From: Thermovirgaceae bacterium
Lineage (GTDB): Bacteria; Synergistota; Synergistia; Synergistales; Thermovirgaceae
Assembly: GCA_040770625.1 (NCBI GenBank)
Contig: JAXGIW010000001.1
Coordinates: 435,263 to 499,262 of the forward strand
Direction: 5' to 3'
Length of the DNA stretch: 64,000 bases
Notes under the pieces: generated by a model
Seen by the model: the letters and a program-made list of their open reading frames with translations, nothing else
What the model was told of the DNA's origin: nothing
Databases searched by the model: none
Part shown: one piece after another, positions 54,106 to 63,316 of the stretch
How the letters are laid out: the number at the start of each line of letters is the position of its first letter
Position numbering within the stretch: the stretch's first letter is position 1
Position numbers and translations under genes: made by a program

Positions 54106-55698
54106 ATGGACGGGGCAAGGCTTTTAACGGGCGGCAGGATCAAGACCATGGACCCCGGGAACCCGACGGCGGATTCGATCCTTCTCTGCGGACAGAGGAT
54201 CGCTGCCGTGGGAACTGGGAAACAGGTGATGGGTCATCCCCTTGCCTTTAAGGCAGACAAGATCGACCTGGAGGGGCGAAGGGTTATTCCCGGGATCATC
54301 GACGGGCACCTTCACTTCGCTGCCTGGTCGGAGGGCAAGATGGCCGTTGACCTGTCGGGATGCCGTTCGATCCACGAGGTGGTGGAAAAACTGAAGGAGA
54401 GGGCCGCCTCTTTACCCGACGGTAGGTGGATCAGGGGGATGCATTTCGACCACTCCCGGTTCGCCGAGAACAGGCTCCCCGATAGATCCGACCTGGATGC
54501 CGTGAAGAACCCCGTTCTTCTGACCAGGGTCTGCTACCATGCTCACTGCGCAAACTCCAGGGCCCTTGAGCTGGCGGGCATGAGGGACAGGAAGGACCTC
54601 CCCGGGGGGGTCCAGAGGGATGGCGCCGGGAACCTGACAGGTGTAGTGCTTGAAAGCGGCGCTGACCTGCTCTACGATGCCTTCAGGAGGGATACTCCCG
54701 TCGGGGAGGAGCACCTGGAAGGAATGGCCGCCAGCATGAGGGAGATGGCCTCCTACGGAGTGACCTCCATCAGCACCTCGGCGGCGGTGCATATCGGTAT
54801 CGACGAGTCCTTCGGCCCCTACCAGGAACTCCGACGCCGGGGCAGGCTCCTCCAGAGAGCGACCATACACGTCAATGATCTCCTGCCCTTCGGGATCTCG
54901 TCCTTCCTTGGAGACGAAATGATAAGGTACGGCGGACTTAAGCTCTTTGCCGACGGAGGTTTCTGCGCCAGGACGGCTGCCATGTCCTTCGAATACAGGG
55001 GTATGCCGGGCTACAGGGGAGAACTGAATTACGATCCGGTCCTTTTCCGGGAGATAGTGTCAAGGGCCCAGGAGCAGGGGGTCCAGGTGGCGGTCCACAC
55101 CAACGGGGACCGGGCGATGGATATGGTCCTTGATGCCATGGAGAGGGCCGCCGAGCTTTTCCCGAGGCCGTGGCTTAGGCACAAACTCCTGCACTGCTAC
55201 GTGGTCAGACCGGAGCAGGCCGCAAGGATGGCCGCCCTTGGTGTGGTCGCCGACGTTCAGCCCGTCTTCGTCTCCGACGAGATCGACATCGCCGAGGAGG
55301 GTGTCCCCGAGGAGATGCTGCCCTTCTCCTACGCGTGGAAGTCACTCAGGGAAGCCGGTATCATTGTTGCCGCCAGTTCCGACTGCCCGGCTGCTTCCCC
55401 CAACCCTTGGCGTGGGGTAGATGCGGCGGTGAACAGGGTGAGGGTCGGCGACAGGACACCCGTCGGCGGCTGGTACCCAGGTCAGAAGATGGACCTCGAC
55501 GAGGCGCTTGAGATGTTTACCAGCAACGCCTCCTTCTCCATAGGTATGGAGAGAGTCCTGGGTTCCCTGGAGCCGGGCAAGTTCGCCGATCTCGTGGTCC
55601 TCGAGGACGATCCCTGGGAGATGGCTGACGGGGATCTGTCGGGCGTAAGGGTTTTTGCCACCTTCAGGGGTGGTGAGCCCATTTTCGGAAAAATTTAA
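54106..55698 (+). CDS. amidohydrolase 3 (YtcJ-like) family protein
   Basis: PGIIDGHLHF metal motif and about 530 aa length typical of Amidohydro_3 enzymes. Confidence 0.8.
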   Translation: MDGARLLTGGRIKTMDPGNPTADSILLCGQRIAAVGTGKQVMGHPLAFKADKIDLEGRRVIPGIIDGHLHFAAWSEGKMAVDLSGCRSIHEVVEKLKERAASLPDGRWIRGMHFDHSRFAENRLPDRSDLDAVKNPVLLTRVCYHAHCANSRALELAGMRDRKDLPGGVQRDGAGNLTGVVLESGADLLYDAFRRDTPVGEEHLEGMAASMREMASYGVTSISTSAAVHIGIDESFGPYQELRRRGRLLQRATIHVNDLLPFGISSFLGDEMIRYGGLKLFADGGFCARTAAMSFEYRGMPGYRGELNYDPVLFREIVSRAQEQGVQVAVHTNGDRAMDMVLDAMERAAELFPRPWLRHKLLHCYVVRPEQAARMAALGVVADVQPVFVSDEIDIAEEGVPEEMLPFSYAWKSLREAGIIVAASSDCPAASPNPWRGVDAAVNRVRVGDRTPVGGWYPGQKMDLDEALEMFTSNASFSIGMERVLGSLEPGKFADLVVLEDDPWEMADGDLSGVRVFATFRGGEPIFGKI

Positions 55699-55714
55699 AG
55701 AGGGAGGTTTCGCC

Positions 55715-56035
55715 ATGGAATATACAGACACGAACAGTCTGGTCCCAAAAGAGGTCGTGAAGGGCGTCCACGGAAAGTTCGTCCACTCCCCCCACATGAC
55801 GATGGCCTGGTGGCATATAGAGGAGGGAGCGATGCTCCCGGAGCACTCCCACGAGCATGAGCAGGTGGTCAACGTGATCGAGGGAACACTCGAGATATCC
55901 TCGGGAGGCAAGAAGTGGACCCTGGGACCCGGGTCTGTCCTTGCCATTCCTTCGGGTGTTCCCCATCTTGCCCGGGGTGTTACGGAATGCCGCGTGATAG
56001 ACGCTTTCTACCCGGCCAGGGAGGATTACAAGTAA
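55715..56035 (+). CDS. cupin domain protein
   Basis: Cupin motif region HSHEHEQVVNVIEG...G..H. ATG at 55715 lies 7 nt after GGGAGG. Confidence 0.75.
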   Translation: MEYTDTNSLVPKEVVKGVHGKFVHSPHMTMAWWHIEEGAMLPEHSHEHEQVVNVIEGTLEISSGGKKWTLGPGSVLAIPSGVPHLARGVTECRVIDAFYPAREDYK

Positions 56036-56039
56036 TTCC

Positions 56040-56270
56040 GTGACTCGTACCCTCCAGACAAGCTGAAGGACCTGGTCCCGACGAGGTCCCAAGGTGCTTA
56101 AAAGAGGGAGGAGTTTTAACGAGGGGCGCGCCCTGTCGCTGCGCTTGGGGCACCTTGTGACTCGTAACAAGAAAAACCCAAAGGCGTGAACAGTGAACGG
56201 TAAACAGTAAACAGGTTAGCCCTGGGAAAAAAGATCTGCTTCCGGTCTTTCCGTTCACCGTTTAACGTTG
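56040..56270. repeat. composite mosaic intergenic repeat (locus 7)
   Basis: GTGACTC flank, U1 copy 2, heptad array GTGAACA GTGAACG GTAAACA GTAAACA (56186-56213), and inverted partner CCGTTCACCGTTTAAC (56251-56266). Confidence 0.75.
56047..56165. repeat. conserved unit U1, copy 2 (carries a 28-nt longer central segment)
   Basis: See copy 1. The central 34 nt (56082-56115) replace the 6 nt of copy 1. Confidence 0.85.
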
Positions 56271-56343
56271 AAGCTTGTGTCTCTGGTCTCGAGATGACAG
56301 GCAATGGCAAGGCCGTGACTCGGAAGCGCAAGGGGAGATATTC

Positions 56344-56946
56344 TTGGACGAGATCGACTTTGTCACCCTTATACCCTATGTCTTCATAACAACCTTTACA
56401 CCGGGCCCCAACAATATAAGCTGCGCAGCCAGCGCTGCAAGATGGGGTATGAAAAGGACCTGGGGTTACCTCCTCGGCATAGGTTCGGGTTTCTTTTTCA
56501 TTCTTCTGCTCTCCGGGGCCTTCTCGGGGACACTGATAGGTTTCATCCCCTGGTTGGAGAGATATATGAGATGGGTAGGCGCTGTCTATATCCTCTGGCT
56601 CGCCTGGGGACTCGCAAAGAGCGAGGGGCAGGGTGGGATCGGGGCTGAAAGCCCCATGAGAGGTTTCGCCAAGGGGTTCGTCCTGCAGTTCGTCAACCCC
56701 AAGGCCATTCTCTACGCCGTGACCCTTTACACTGCATTTCTGGGACCCATCCTGGCTCGCCCCCTCCCGGTCGTGTTTTCCGCTGCGCTCTTTGCCACTA
56801 TCGGTTTCTCTTCTATCCTGGCCTGGGCGGTCTTTGGGCTGGGGATAGACCGTTTCCTGCAGAACCCCCTTCACAACCGGATCGTCAACGTCTGCTTCTC
56901 CCTTCTTCTTGTATGGACTGCCGCCAGCGTGGTTGGCCTCCTGTAG
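56344..56946 (+). CDS. LysE/RhtB family amino-acid exporter
   Basis: N-terminal FTPGPNN motif and six-TM profile. TTG start at 56344 assumed. Confidence 0.8.
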   Translation: MDEIDFVTLIPYVFITTFTPGPNNISCAASAARWGMKRTWGYLLGIGSGFFFILLLSGAFSGTLIGFIPWLERYMRWVGAVYILWLAWGLAKSEGQGGIGAESPMRGFAKGFVLQFVNPKAILYAVTLYTAFLGPILARPLPVVFSAALFATIGFSSILAWAVFGLGIDRFLQNPLHNRIVNVCFSLLLVWTAASVVGLL

Positions 56947-57002
56947 TAACCCGCTCTCAGCCTGTTTGCAGCTTGTCTGCCCTTGACGAGGGACCGCTTT
57001 AA

Positions 57003-57029
57003 CCTGACAATATAATAGATATTGTCAGG
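57003..57029. promoter_or_regulatory. perfect 11-bp inverted repeat overlapping a TATAAT box (candidate operator)
   Basis: CCTGACAATAT-AATAG-ATATTGTCAGG. TATAAT at 57011-57016. Lies 41 nt upstream of the radical SAM gene start. Confidence 0.5.
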
Positions 57030-57069
57030 GATAGCGGGCTGTCTGACCGACAGCTCCCAGGGGGGGTCC

Positions 57070-58173
57070 ATGACAACTGATAGCGTTGTTCTTGATCTTG
57101 ACGAAAGCCGGATCGTCATTCCCAGGGACCGACGGCTCCGCAAGGTCTACCTTGAGTTCAGTTCCAGATGCAATCTCAACTGTCCCATGTGCTTCCGCGA
57201 ATCCTGGACGGAGCCCCAGGGCGATATGGACTGGGACCTGTTCCTGCGGCTTGCCTCGGACCTGGAGCAATTCCCCCGCCTTGAGACGGTCCACTTTCTC
57301 GGAATAGGAGAACCCTTCTGCAATCCCAGGCTTGTTGAGGCTGTCGGTATCATCAAGTCCGGCAACAGGCGAGTAAGAATAACCACCAACGCCACTCTGC
57401 TCGACAGAAGCGCCGCGAGGGCTCTTGTCGCCGCAGGAGCCGATATCGTCGACCTCTCCGTTGAGGCCGAGAATGTTCCATGGCCGGGGAGGGTCAACAG
57501 TCTGGAGACCCTGTCAAAAGCAGCTGAGGAGCTACTGGAGGCGAGGAGGCATGCGGGGTCCAACGCCTGTGAGACCCGTATCGCCCTGGTAGTTACCCGT
57601 TCGAACCTGCCTCTGGTCCCTGATATCGTGCGATCCCTTAAAGGCAGGGGTGTCAGCGCGGTCTCGGTGAGCAACCTGCTCCCGACCGATATGGAGGCCG
57701 ACGCCAACCGGCTCTACCCGCTGTCGCTCGAAGAGGAGGTAGCCGTCCGTTCGAAACTCTACACCCAATTCCAGCACGCCGGGATCAAGCCCGAGCTTCC
57801 AAGGTTCGCGCTCTCTACCGAGCGGCACTGCAACTTTGTGAGGTCTGAGTCATGTTTCATAAGATGGGATGGCCTTGTGGCGCCGTGCCTGAGGTTGTGT
57901 CACGGCTACAGCGAGATCGTCCTTGGGAGGGAGAAGGAGGTGGTCCCCTGGTTCTTCGGAGATCTGAAAAGACAGGGGCTGGCAGAGATCTGGGACGACC
58001 CCGGTTACGTTTCCTTCAGGTGGAGACTGAGGAGAGCCCTCTACGCCTCCTGCCTGGACTGCAACCTCCTCAGGTCCTGCGAGTACGCCAAGACCACCGA
58101 GAGCGACTGCTGGGGCGACTCACCGGCCTGCAGCGACTGTCTGTGGGACCGGAACCTTATACGGTGCCCCTAG
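57070..58173 (+). CDS. radical SAM / SPASM-domain maturase (tungsten-cofactor oxidoreductase maturase type)
   Basis: CNLNCPMC (CxxxCxxC) near the N-terminus, Cys-rich C-terminal SPASM-like region, and genomic pairing with AOR. Confidence 0.8.
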   Translation: MTTDSVVLDLDESRIVIPRDRRLRKVYLEFSSRCNLNCPMCFRESWTEPQGDMDWDLFLRLASDLEQFPRLETVHFLGIGEPFCNPRLVEAVGIIKSGNRRVRITTNATLLDRSAARALVAAGADIVDLSVEAENVPWPGRVNSLETLSKAAEELLEARRHAGSNACETRIALVVTRSNLPLVPDIVRSLKGRGVSAVSVSNLLPTDMEADANRLYPLSLEEEVAVRSKLYTQFQHAGIKPELPRFALSTERHCNFVRSESCFIRWDGLVAPCLRLCHGYSEIVLGREKEVVPWFFGDLKRQGLAEIWDDPGYVSFRWRLRRALYASCLDCNLLRSCEYAKTTESDCWGDSPACSDCLWDRNLIRCP

Positions 58174-58318
58174 AAAATATTCCCTGGTGAAAAAGGAGGT
58201 GACAGAGAGGTCCTTTGAGGTATTCAGGCTAACTCTTTGAACGAAGGATAGAGAGTCTCGAGAGATCTTCATCGTGAGGCGGCAAGGATGTCACAAAAGG
58301 AGAAGAGGAGGGAAAGAC

Positions 58319-60115
58319 ATGGAAGCGCTGCGTCTTTTGAGGGTTGACCTTTCCGCGGGAACGGTCAAACAGGAGCCTTTGAACCCCGATTGGGTGAGAC
58401 AGTTCATAGGCGGACGTGGATACGGGACCAAGCTGCTCTACGAGGAGCTGAAACCCGGGACGGACCCTCTCTCAGAGGGGAACAAGCTTATCTTCGCCAA
58501 CGGGCCCCTGACGGGTTCCAACGTCCCCACGGGCGGAAGGTACATGGTGGTCACCAAGAGCCCCCTGACAGGATTCATCGCCTCAAGCAACTCCGGAGGT
58601 TACTGGGGGGCCGAACTGGCCAGGACAGGCTATATGGCGCTCGTCGTCGAGGGGAAGTCGAAGAAGCCCGTCTACCTGTGGATCAAGGATGACAAGGCTG
58701 AGCTGCGAGACGCTTCTTCGCTCTGGGGGAAGGATACCCATGCGACCACCGATGCGGTACTGAAGGAAGTGGGAGATCCCAAGGCCAGGGTGGCGTGCAT
58801 CGGCCCCGCCGGGGAAAAACTCTCCCGCATCGCCTGCATCATCAACGACAAGCACCGCGCGGCGGGCCGGAGCGGCGTTGGTGCCGTTATGGGATCAAAG
58901 AACCTGAAGGCCATCGCCGTGAAGGGAAGCGGGACCTTCAAGGCCGCAAACCCCGAAGGGCTCAAGGAGACCCTGAGGGTGGGCATGCAGAAGATAAAGG
59001 AGAACGGGGTTACCGGCGAGGGGCTTCCAACCTACGGTACCGCAGTCCTGGTCAACATCCTCAACCAGCTCGGGAGCTACCCCTACAAGAACTTCCAGGA
59101 ATCGCAGCATGAGGGCGCAGAGAAACACTCTGGCGAAAAACTTGCAGAGACCTTCCTCACAGGGAGGACCAACTGCTTTGCCTGCCCGATCGGATGCGGC
59201 AGGGAGACGGCCCTTGAGGACAAGAAGGGTGAAGGCCCCGAGTACGAGACCCTATGGGCGCTGGGGAGCAACTGCGGTGTCGACGACCTCGAGCCCATTA
59301 TCCGTGCCAACTACATATGCAACGAACTGGGACTGGACACCATCAGTGCCGGAGGCACCATCTCGGCGGCGATGGAACTCTACGAGAAGGGATTCATCCC
59401 CAAGGAGGATCTTGGCGTAGGGCCAGAACTGAAGTTCGGCTCTGCCGACGCCCTGGTCTACTGGACGGAGAAGATGGGCAAGGTCGAGGGTCTGGGTGAG
59501 AAGATGGCACAGGGAAGTTACAGGCTGGGGGAACTTTACGGGCACCCGGAGTTCTCCATTACTGTCAAGAAACAGGAGCTCCCCGCCTACGACCCGCGGG
59601 GCATCCAGGGTATCGGTCTCACCTATGCGGTGAGCAATCGGGGGGCCTGCCACGTGAGGGGGTACCTGATCTCTCCCGAGGTCCTGGGCATACCCGAAAA
59701 GCTCGACCCCTGGGTGACGGAGGGCAAGGCCCAGTGGGGCAAGATATTCCACGACCTGACGGCCGCTATAGATTCTTCGGGCATGTGTCTCTTCACTTCT
59801 TTCGCGCTCGGTGCAGGCGACTATGCCGACATGCTCAAGCACGGGGCCGGTATGGACCTTGACGCCGACAGCCTTCTCGAGGCAGGGGACCGGATATGGA
59901 CCCTGGAGCGGCTCTTCAACCTCAGGGAGGGACTCGATCCGGCCAGGGACGACACTCTTCCCGTAAGGCTTCTCGAGGAACCCATACCCAAAGGGCCTGC
60001 CGAGGGCAAGAAAAGCCGCATCGACGTGATGATCCCTGAGTACTACAAGCTTCGGGGCTGGGACGAGAAGGGCGTTCCCAAGCCCTCAAAGCTTGCCGAA
60101 CTGGGCATCAAATAG
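58319..60115 (+). CDS. aor: aldehyde:ferredoxin oxidoreductase (tungstopterin AOR family)
   Basis: AOR_N and AOR C-terminal domain blocks, cluster cysteines CFACPIGC. About 598 aa. Confidence 0.9.
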   Translation: MEALRLLRVDLSAGTVKQEPLNPDWVRQFIGGRGYGTKLLYEELKPGTDPLSEGNKLIFANGPLTGSNVPTGGRYMVVTKSPLTGFIASSNSGGYWGAELARTGYMALVVEGKSKKPVYLWIKDDKAELRDASSLWGKDTHATTDAVLKEVGDPKARVACIGPAGEKLSRIACIINDKHRAAGRSGVGAVMGSKNLKAIAVKGSGTFKAANPEGLKETLRVGMQKIKENGVTGEGLPTYGTAVLVNILNQLGSYPYKNFQESQHEGAEKHSGEKLAETFLTGRTNCFACPIGCGRETALEDKKGEGPEYETLWALGSNCGVDDLEPIIRANYICNELGLDTISAGGTISAAMELYEKGFIPKEDLGVGPELKFGSADALVYWTEKMGKVEGLGEKMAQGSYRLGELYGHPEFSITVKKQELPAYDPRGIQGIGLTYAVSNRGACHVRGYLISPEVLGIPEKLDPWVTEGKAQWGKIFHDLTAAIDSSGMCLFTSFALGAGDYADMLKHGAGMDLDADSLLEAGDRIWTLERLFNLREGLDPARDDTLPVRLLEEPIPKGPAEGKKSRIDVMIPEYYKLRGWDEKGVPKPSKLAELGIK

Positions 60116-60124
60116 GAGGCGGAT

Positions 60125-60397
60125 ATGATCCGGGTCTCCTTCTTCGGGATCGTCAGAGAGATAGTCGGGGAGAAGGAAACGCAGGTCGAAGCAGAAGATT
60201 CTGTGGCAGACCTCCTGGAGGCACTCTCCGGAAGGTACGGTATAGGTTTCGGGGAGAAGGTCCTGAAGACGCAGGAGCGTGACCTGGACCTTATCCTGAT
60301 CCTCAACGGGAGGCACATCGAACATATCGGCGGACTGTCAGCTCCATTGAAAGAAGGGGACCACCTGGCCGTCTTCCCCCTTGTCGGCGGTGGCTAG
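60125..60397 (+). CDS. MoaD/ThiS family sulfur-carrier protein
   Basis: 90 aa beta-grasp-like protein ending in ...PLVGGG. Confidence 0.75.
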   Translation: MIRVSFFGIVREIVGEKETQVEAEDSVADLLEALSGRYGIGFGEKVLKTQERDLDLILILNGRHIEHIGGLSAPLKEGDHLAVFPLVGGG

Positions 60398-60496
60398 GTC
60401 CTGCGAGAGCACTTCTTTCGGAGGGGCTCTTCCGCGATAATGCGGAAGAGCCCCCCTTTCTTTCAAGGGAGTGAGGACTTTACAGGGGTGGGGTAT

Positions 60497-60757
60497 ATGT
60501 CCGGGGAGACCGTAGAGTTGAGGGGAGTGACCCCATCGGAACTGACCTCGTTCTTCCTGTGCGAAGGCTTCCATGAGGCGATGCCTATGGGGACCTGGGA
60601 AAGAGGAAGTACGAAGGCACGGGTCGGAGGGGAGACGACGATCAGTATCGGTTCGCTGAGGATCCCTTCGGTTACCGTTGCCTTTTCCGGTCCCGAAAGG
60701 GAGCTGGGTTCCCTTCTGGCCCGCTTCAGATCCTGTTTCCTTCGTGCTGGGGGGTAA
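60497..60757 (+). CDS. small hypothetical protein ending in Gly-Gly
   Basis: 86 aa from MSGETVEL. No family recognised. C-terminus ...FLRAGG. Confidence 0.3.
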   Translation: MSGETVELRGVTPSELTSFFLCEGFHEAMPMGTWERGSTKARVGGETTISIGSLRIPSVTVAFSGPERELGSLLARFRSCFLRAGG

Positions 60758-60863
60758 GTTCAGGCAGGGCCAGGTCATGGATAGAGGAGGTACCCTGTAG
60801 GGGACCACTTCGAGGTTTTTTAGGGGATAACGGTTTATACTTCTTGTGAAGGAGGTGGGTCCA

Positions 60864-63281
60864 GTGAAGGATTTCGAGAAGATGGGCTCCTTTTACCTGG
60901 GGAGACAGGTAGATGACACCTCGGGGGCCATGACGGGTGATCTTCTGCTCTACGATGCCAAGGACCTGACGACTCACGGAATGATCATCGGCATGACCGG
61001 CAGCGGCAAGACGGGGTTGGCGATCTCGCTGATCGAGGAGGCTCTGATAGATAACATTCCTGTGATAGCCATTGACCCAAAGGGGGACATACCCAACCTG
61101 CTTCTGTCGTTCCCCGAACTGTCACCGGAGGACTTCCTGCCCTGGGTAAGCCATCAGGAGGCTTCCAGGAAGGGGCTCTCCCCTGAGCAGTTTGCCGAGA
61201 AGACGGCTACGGACTGGAAGAAGGGGCTGCAGGAATGGGGCATAGACGGACCGAGGATCCGCAAGATGAAAGAGTCCGTGGATATGACGATCTACACCCC
61301 GGGGAGTTCGGCCGGAAGAATGGTGAGCATCCTCCACTCCTTCGACGCCCCTCCGGAAGCCATAAGGGCCGACGGAGACCTCTTCCGTGAGAGGATCCAG
61401 ACCACGGCATCAAGCATCCTGGCCCTCATGGCTATCGACGCCGACCCTTTGACCAGCAGGGAACATATCCTGATCTCCAGGGTCCTGGAAGAGAAGTGGT
61501 CCCGGGGAGAGTCGCTGGATATACCCTCCCTCATCGAGATGATCAGGGTTCCCCCCTTCAGGTCCGTGGGAGTGCTGGACCTGGAGACCTTTTACCCCTC
61601 CGGCGCCAGGATGGACCTGGTCCTCAGGCTGAATCACCTGGTCGCTGCGCCGTCCTTCGCTCCCTGGATGGAGGGGGACCCGCTGGACGCAGGAAGATTC
61701 CTCTACACGGCAGACGGGAGGCCCCGTGCGTCCATATTCACCATAAGCCACCTCTCCGACCGGGAGAGGATGTTCTTCGTATCGCTACTGCTCAACGAGA
61801 TCCTTGGCTGGGTCAGGACCCAGCCGGGCACCTCCAGCCTCAGGGCCATACTATACATGGACGAGATCTTCGGCTTCTTCCCGCCGGTGATGAACCCGCC
61901 CTCGAAGACGGTACTCCTTACGCTACTGAAGCAGGCCAGGGCATACGGCCTGGGGGTCCTCCTGGCCACCCAGAACCCTGTGGACCTGGACTACAAGGGG
62001 ATATCCAATACTGGGACCTGGTTCATCGGCAGGCTTCAGACTGAACGGGACAAGTCTCGGATCCTCGAAGGGCTCAAGGGGGTCTCGGAAAAGGGGTTCC
62101 CTCTCCCGGAGCTGGACAGGATGATATCAGGACTTGGGAAACGGGTTTTTTTGCTTCACAATGTCCATGAGGACAGGCCCGTACTGTTTCAGACCCGCTG
62201 GGCCATGTCCTACCTGGCTGGGCCGGTGACAAGAGAGCAGATAAAGACCCTTGCCGGAGACAGTCCTGTCGTCCAGGTTCCTCCCAAAGCCAGTGCCCCA
62301 GTCATCCCCGACGGTCCCGCCGTCCAGGCCCAGGCTCCTGTAGCGCCGAGTGTGATACCCTCGGGAATACCCTCGGTATTCCTCCCCGCTCCAGCGAGTG
62401 TCCAGGCCGAGTACGCCCCCTTCCTGGGAGCTTTCGCCAGGGTCCATTTTAGCGATGCCAAAAGGAAGTTCGCCGAGACCAGGAACTTTGCCTATGCTGT
62501 CGAGATCAGCGAGGGACCACTTCCCGTGGACTGGGAGAACGCCTTCGGCATTGACGTGGACCCTGCCGGTCTATCCCAGGGTATCCCTTCGCCGGTCATG
62601 TCCGAGGTGGCGTCGCCGGGTCTCGATCCGAAGGCCTATGTCAGGTGGGGGAAAGACTTCCTCAAGTGGCTTCCACAGAACGCCATGATGACCCTGATGA
62701 CATGCCCCTCTTTGAAGGAAGTTGCCAGGCCTGGCGAATCCCCGTCGGATTTCGCAGCCCGGATCGCCCTGATGAAGCGGGAACTGCGTGATGCCGAGGT
62801 GGAGAAGATCCGCCGCAAGTACGCCTCGAAACTGACCACCCTCCAGAACCGGCTCATGAGGGCCGAACAGGCCATCGAGAGGGAGGCCGAGCAGGCCAAG
62901 CACAAGAAGATGGAGACGGCCATATCCTTTGGAACGGCCATTGCAAGTGCTTTGCTTGGAAGGAAGGTCAACACCTATTCTGCGTCCAGGGTGGGGACGG
63001 CTGTCTCCAAGGCAGCCCGGCTGCAGAAAGAGAGCGGCGACGTTGCCAGGGCCAGGGAGACCGCCGGGGCGGTCCGGCAGGAGATAGCCGACCTTGATGC
63101 CAGGCTTGAGGAAGAGATCAATGCCATAACCACTGTGGGATCCCCGGAGACGGAGATCCAGGAGGAGTTCATCAGGCCCAAGGCTTCCGGGATGAACCTT
63201 ATTCTTCTGGGCCTTCTCTGGTTACCATACTCCCGTGATGCCCAGGGAGGGATCGCACCCCTTTGGGGTCTTCAGGAGTGA
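60864..63281 (+). CDS. HerA/FtsK-like P-loop ATPase with long C-terminal coiled-coil extension
   Basis: Walker A GMTGSGKTG, Walker B ILYMDEIFGF, ATQNPVDLDYK block. Pro-rich linker, then about 300 aa with a coiled-coil segment. GTG at 60864 lies 6 nt after AAGGAGGTG. Confidence 0.75.
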   Translation: MKDFEKMGSFYLGRQVDDTSGAMTGDLLLYDAKDLTTHGMIIGMTGSGKTGLAISLIEEALIDNIPVIAIDPKGDIPNLLLSFPELSPEDFLPWVSHQEASRKGLSPEQFAEKTATDWKKGLQEWGIDGPRIRKMKESVDMTIYTPGSSAGRMVSILHSFDAPPEAIRADGDLFRERIQTTASSILALMAIDADPLTSREHILISRVLEEKWSRGESLDIPSLIEMIRVPPFRSVGVLDLETFYPSGARMDLVLRLNHLVAAPSFAPWMEGDPLDAGRFLYTADGRPRASIFTISHLSDRERMFFVSLLLNEILGWVRTQPGTSSLRAILYMDEIFGFFPPVMNPPSKTVLLTLLKQARAYGLGVLLATQNPVDLDYKGISNTGTWFIGRLQTERDKSRILEGLKGVSEKGFPLPELDRMISGLGKRVFLLHNVHEDRPVLFQTRWAMSYLAGPVTREQIKTLAGDSPVVQVPPKASAPVIPDGPAVQAQAPVAPSVIPSGIPSVFLPAPASVQAEYAPFLGAFARVHFSDAKRKFAETRNFAYAVEISEGPLPVDWENAFGIDVDPAGLSQGIPSPVMSEVASPGLDPKAYVRWGKDFLKWLPQNAMMTLMTCPSLKEVARPGESPSDFAARIALMKRELRDAEVEKIRRKYASKLTTLQNRLMRAEQAIEREAEQAKHKKMETAISFGTAIASALLGRKVNTYSASRVGTAVSKAARLQKESGDVARARETAGAVRQEIADLDARLEEEINAITTVGSPETEIQEEFIRPKASGMNLILLGLLWLPYSRDAQGGIAPLWGLQE

Positions 63282-63316
63282 TCGGGGTACCTGGTCTGCC
63301 TGGTAAGTGAGGACCC

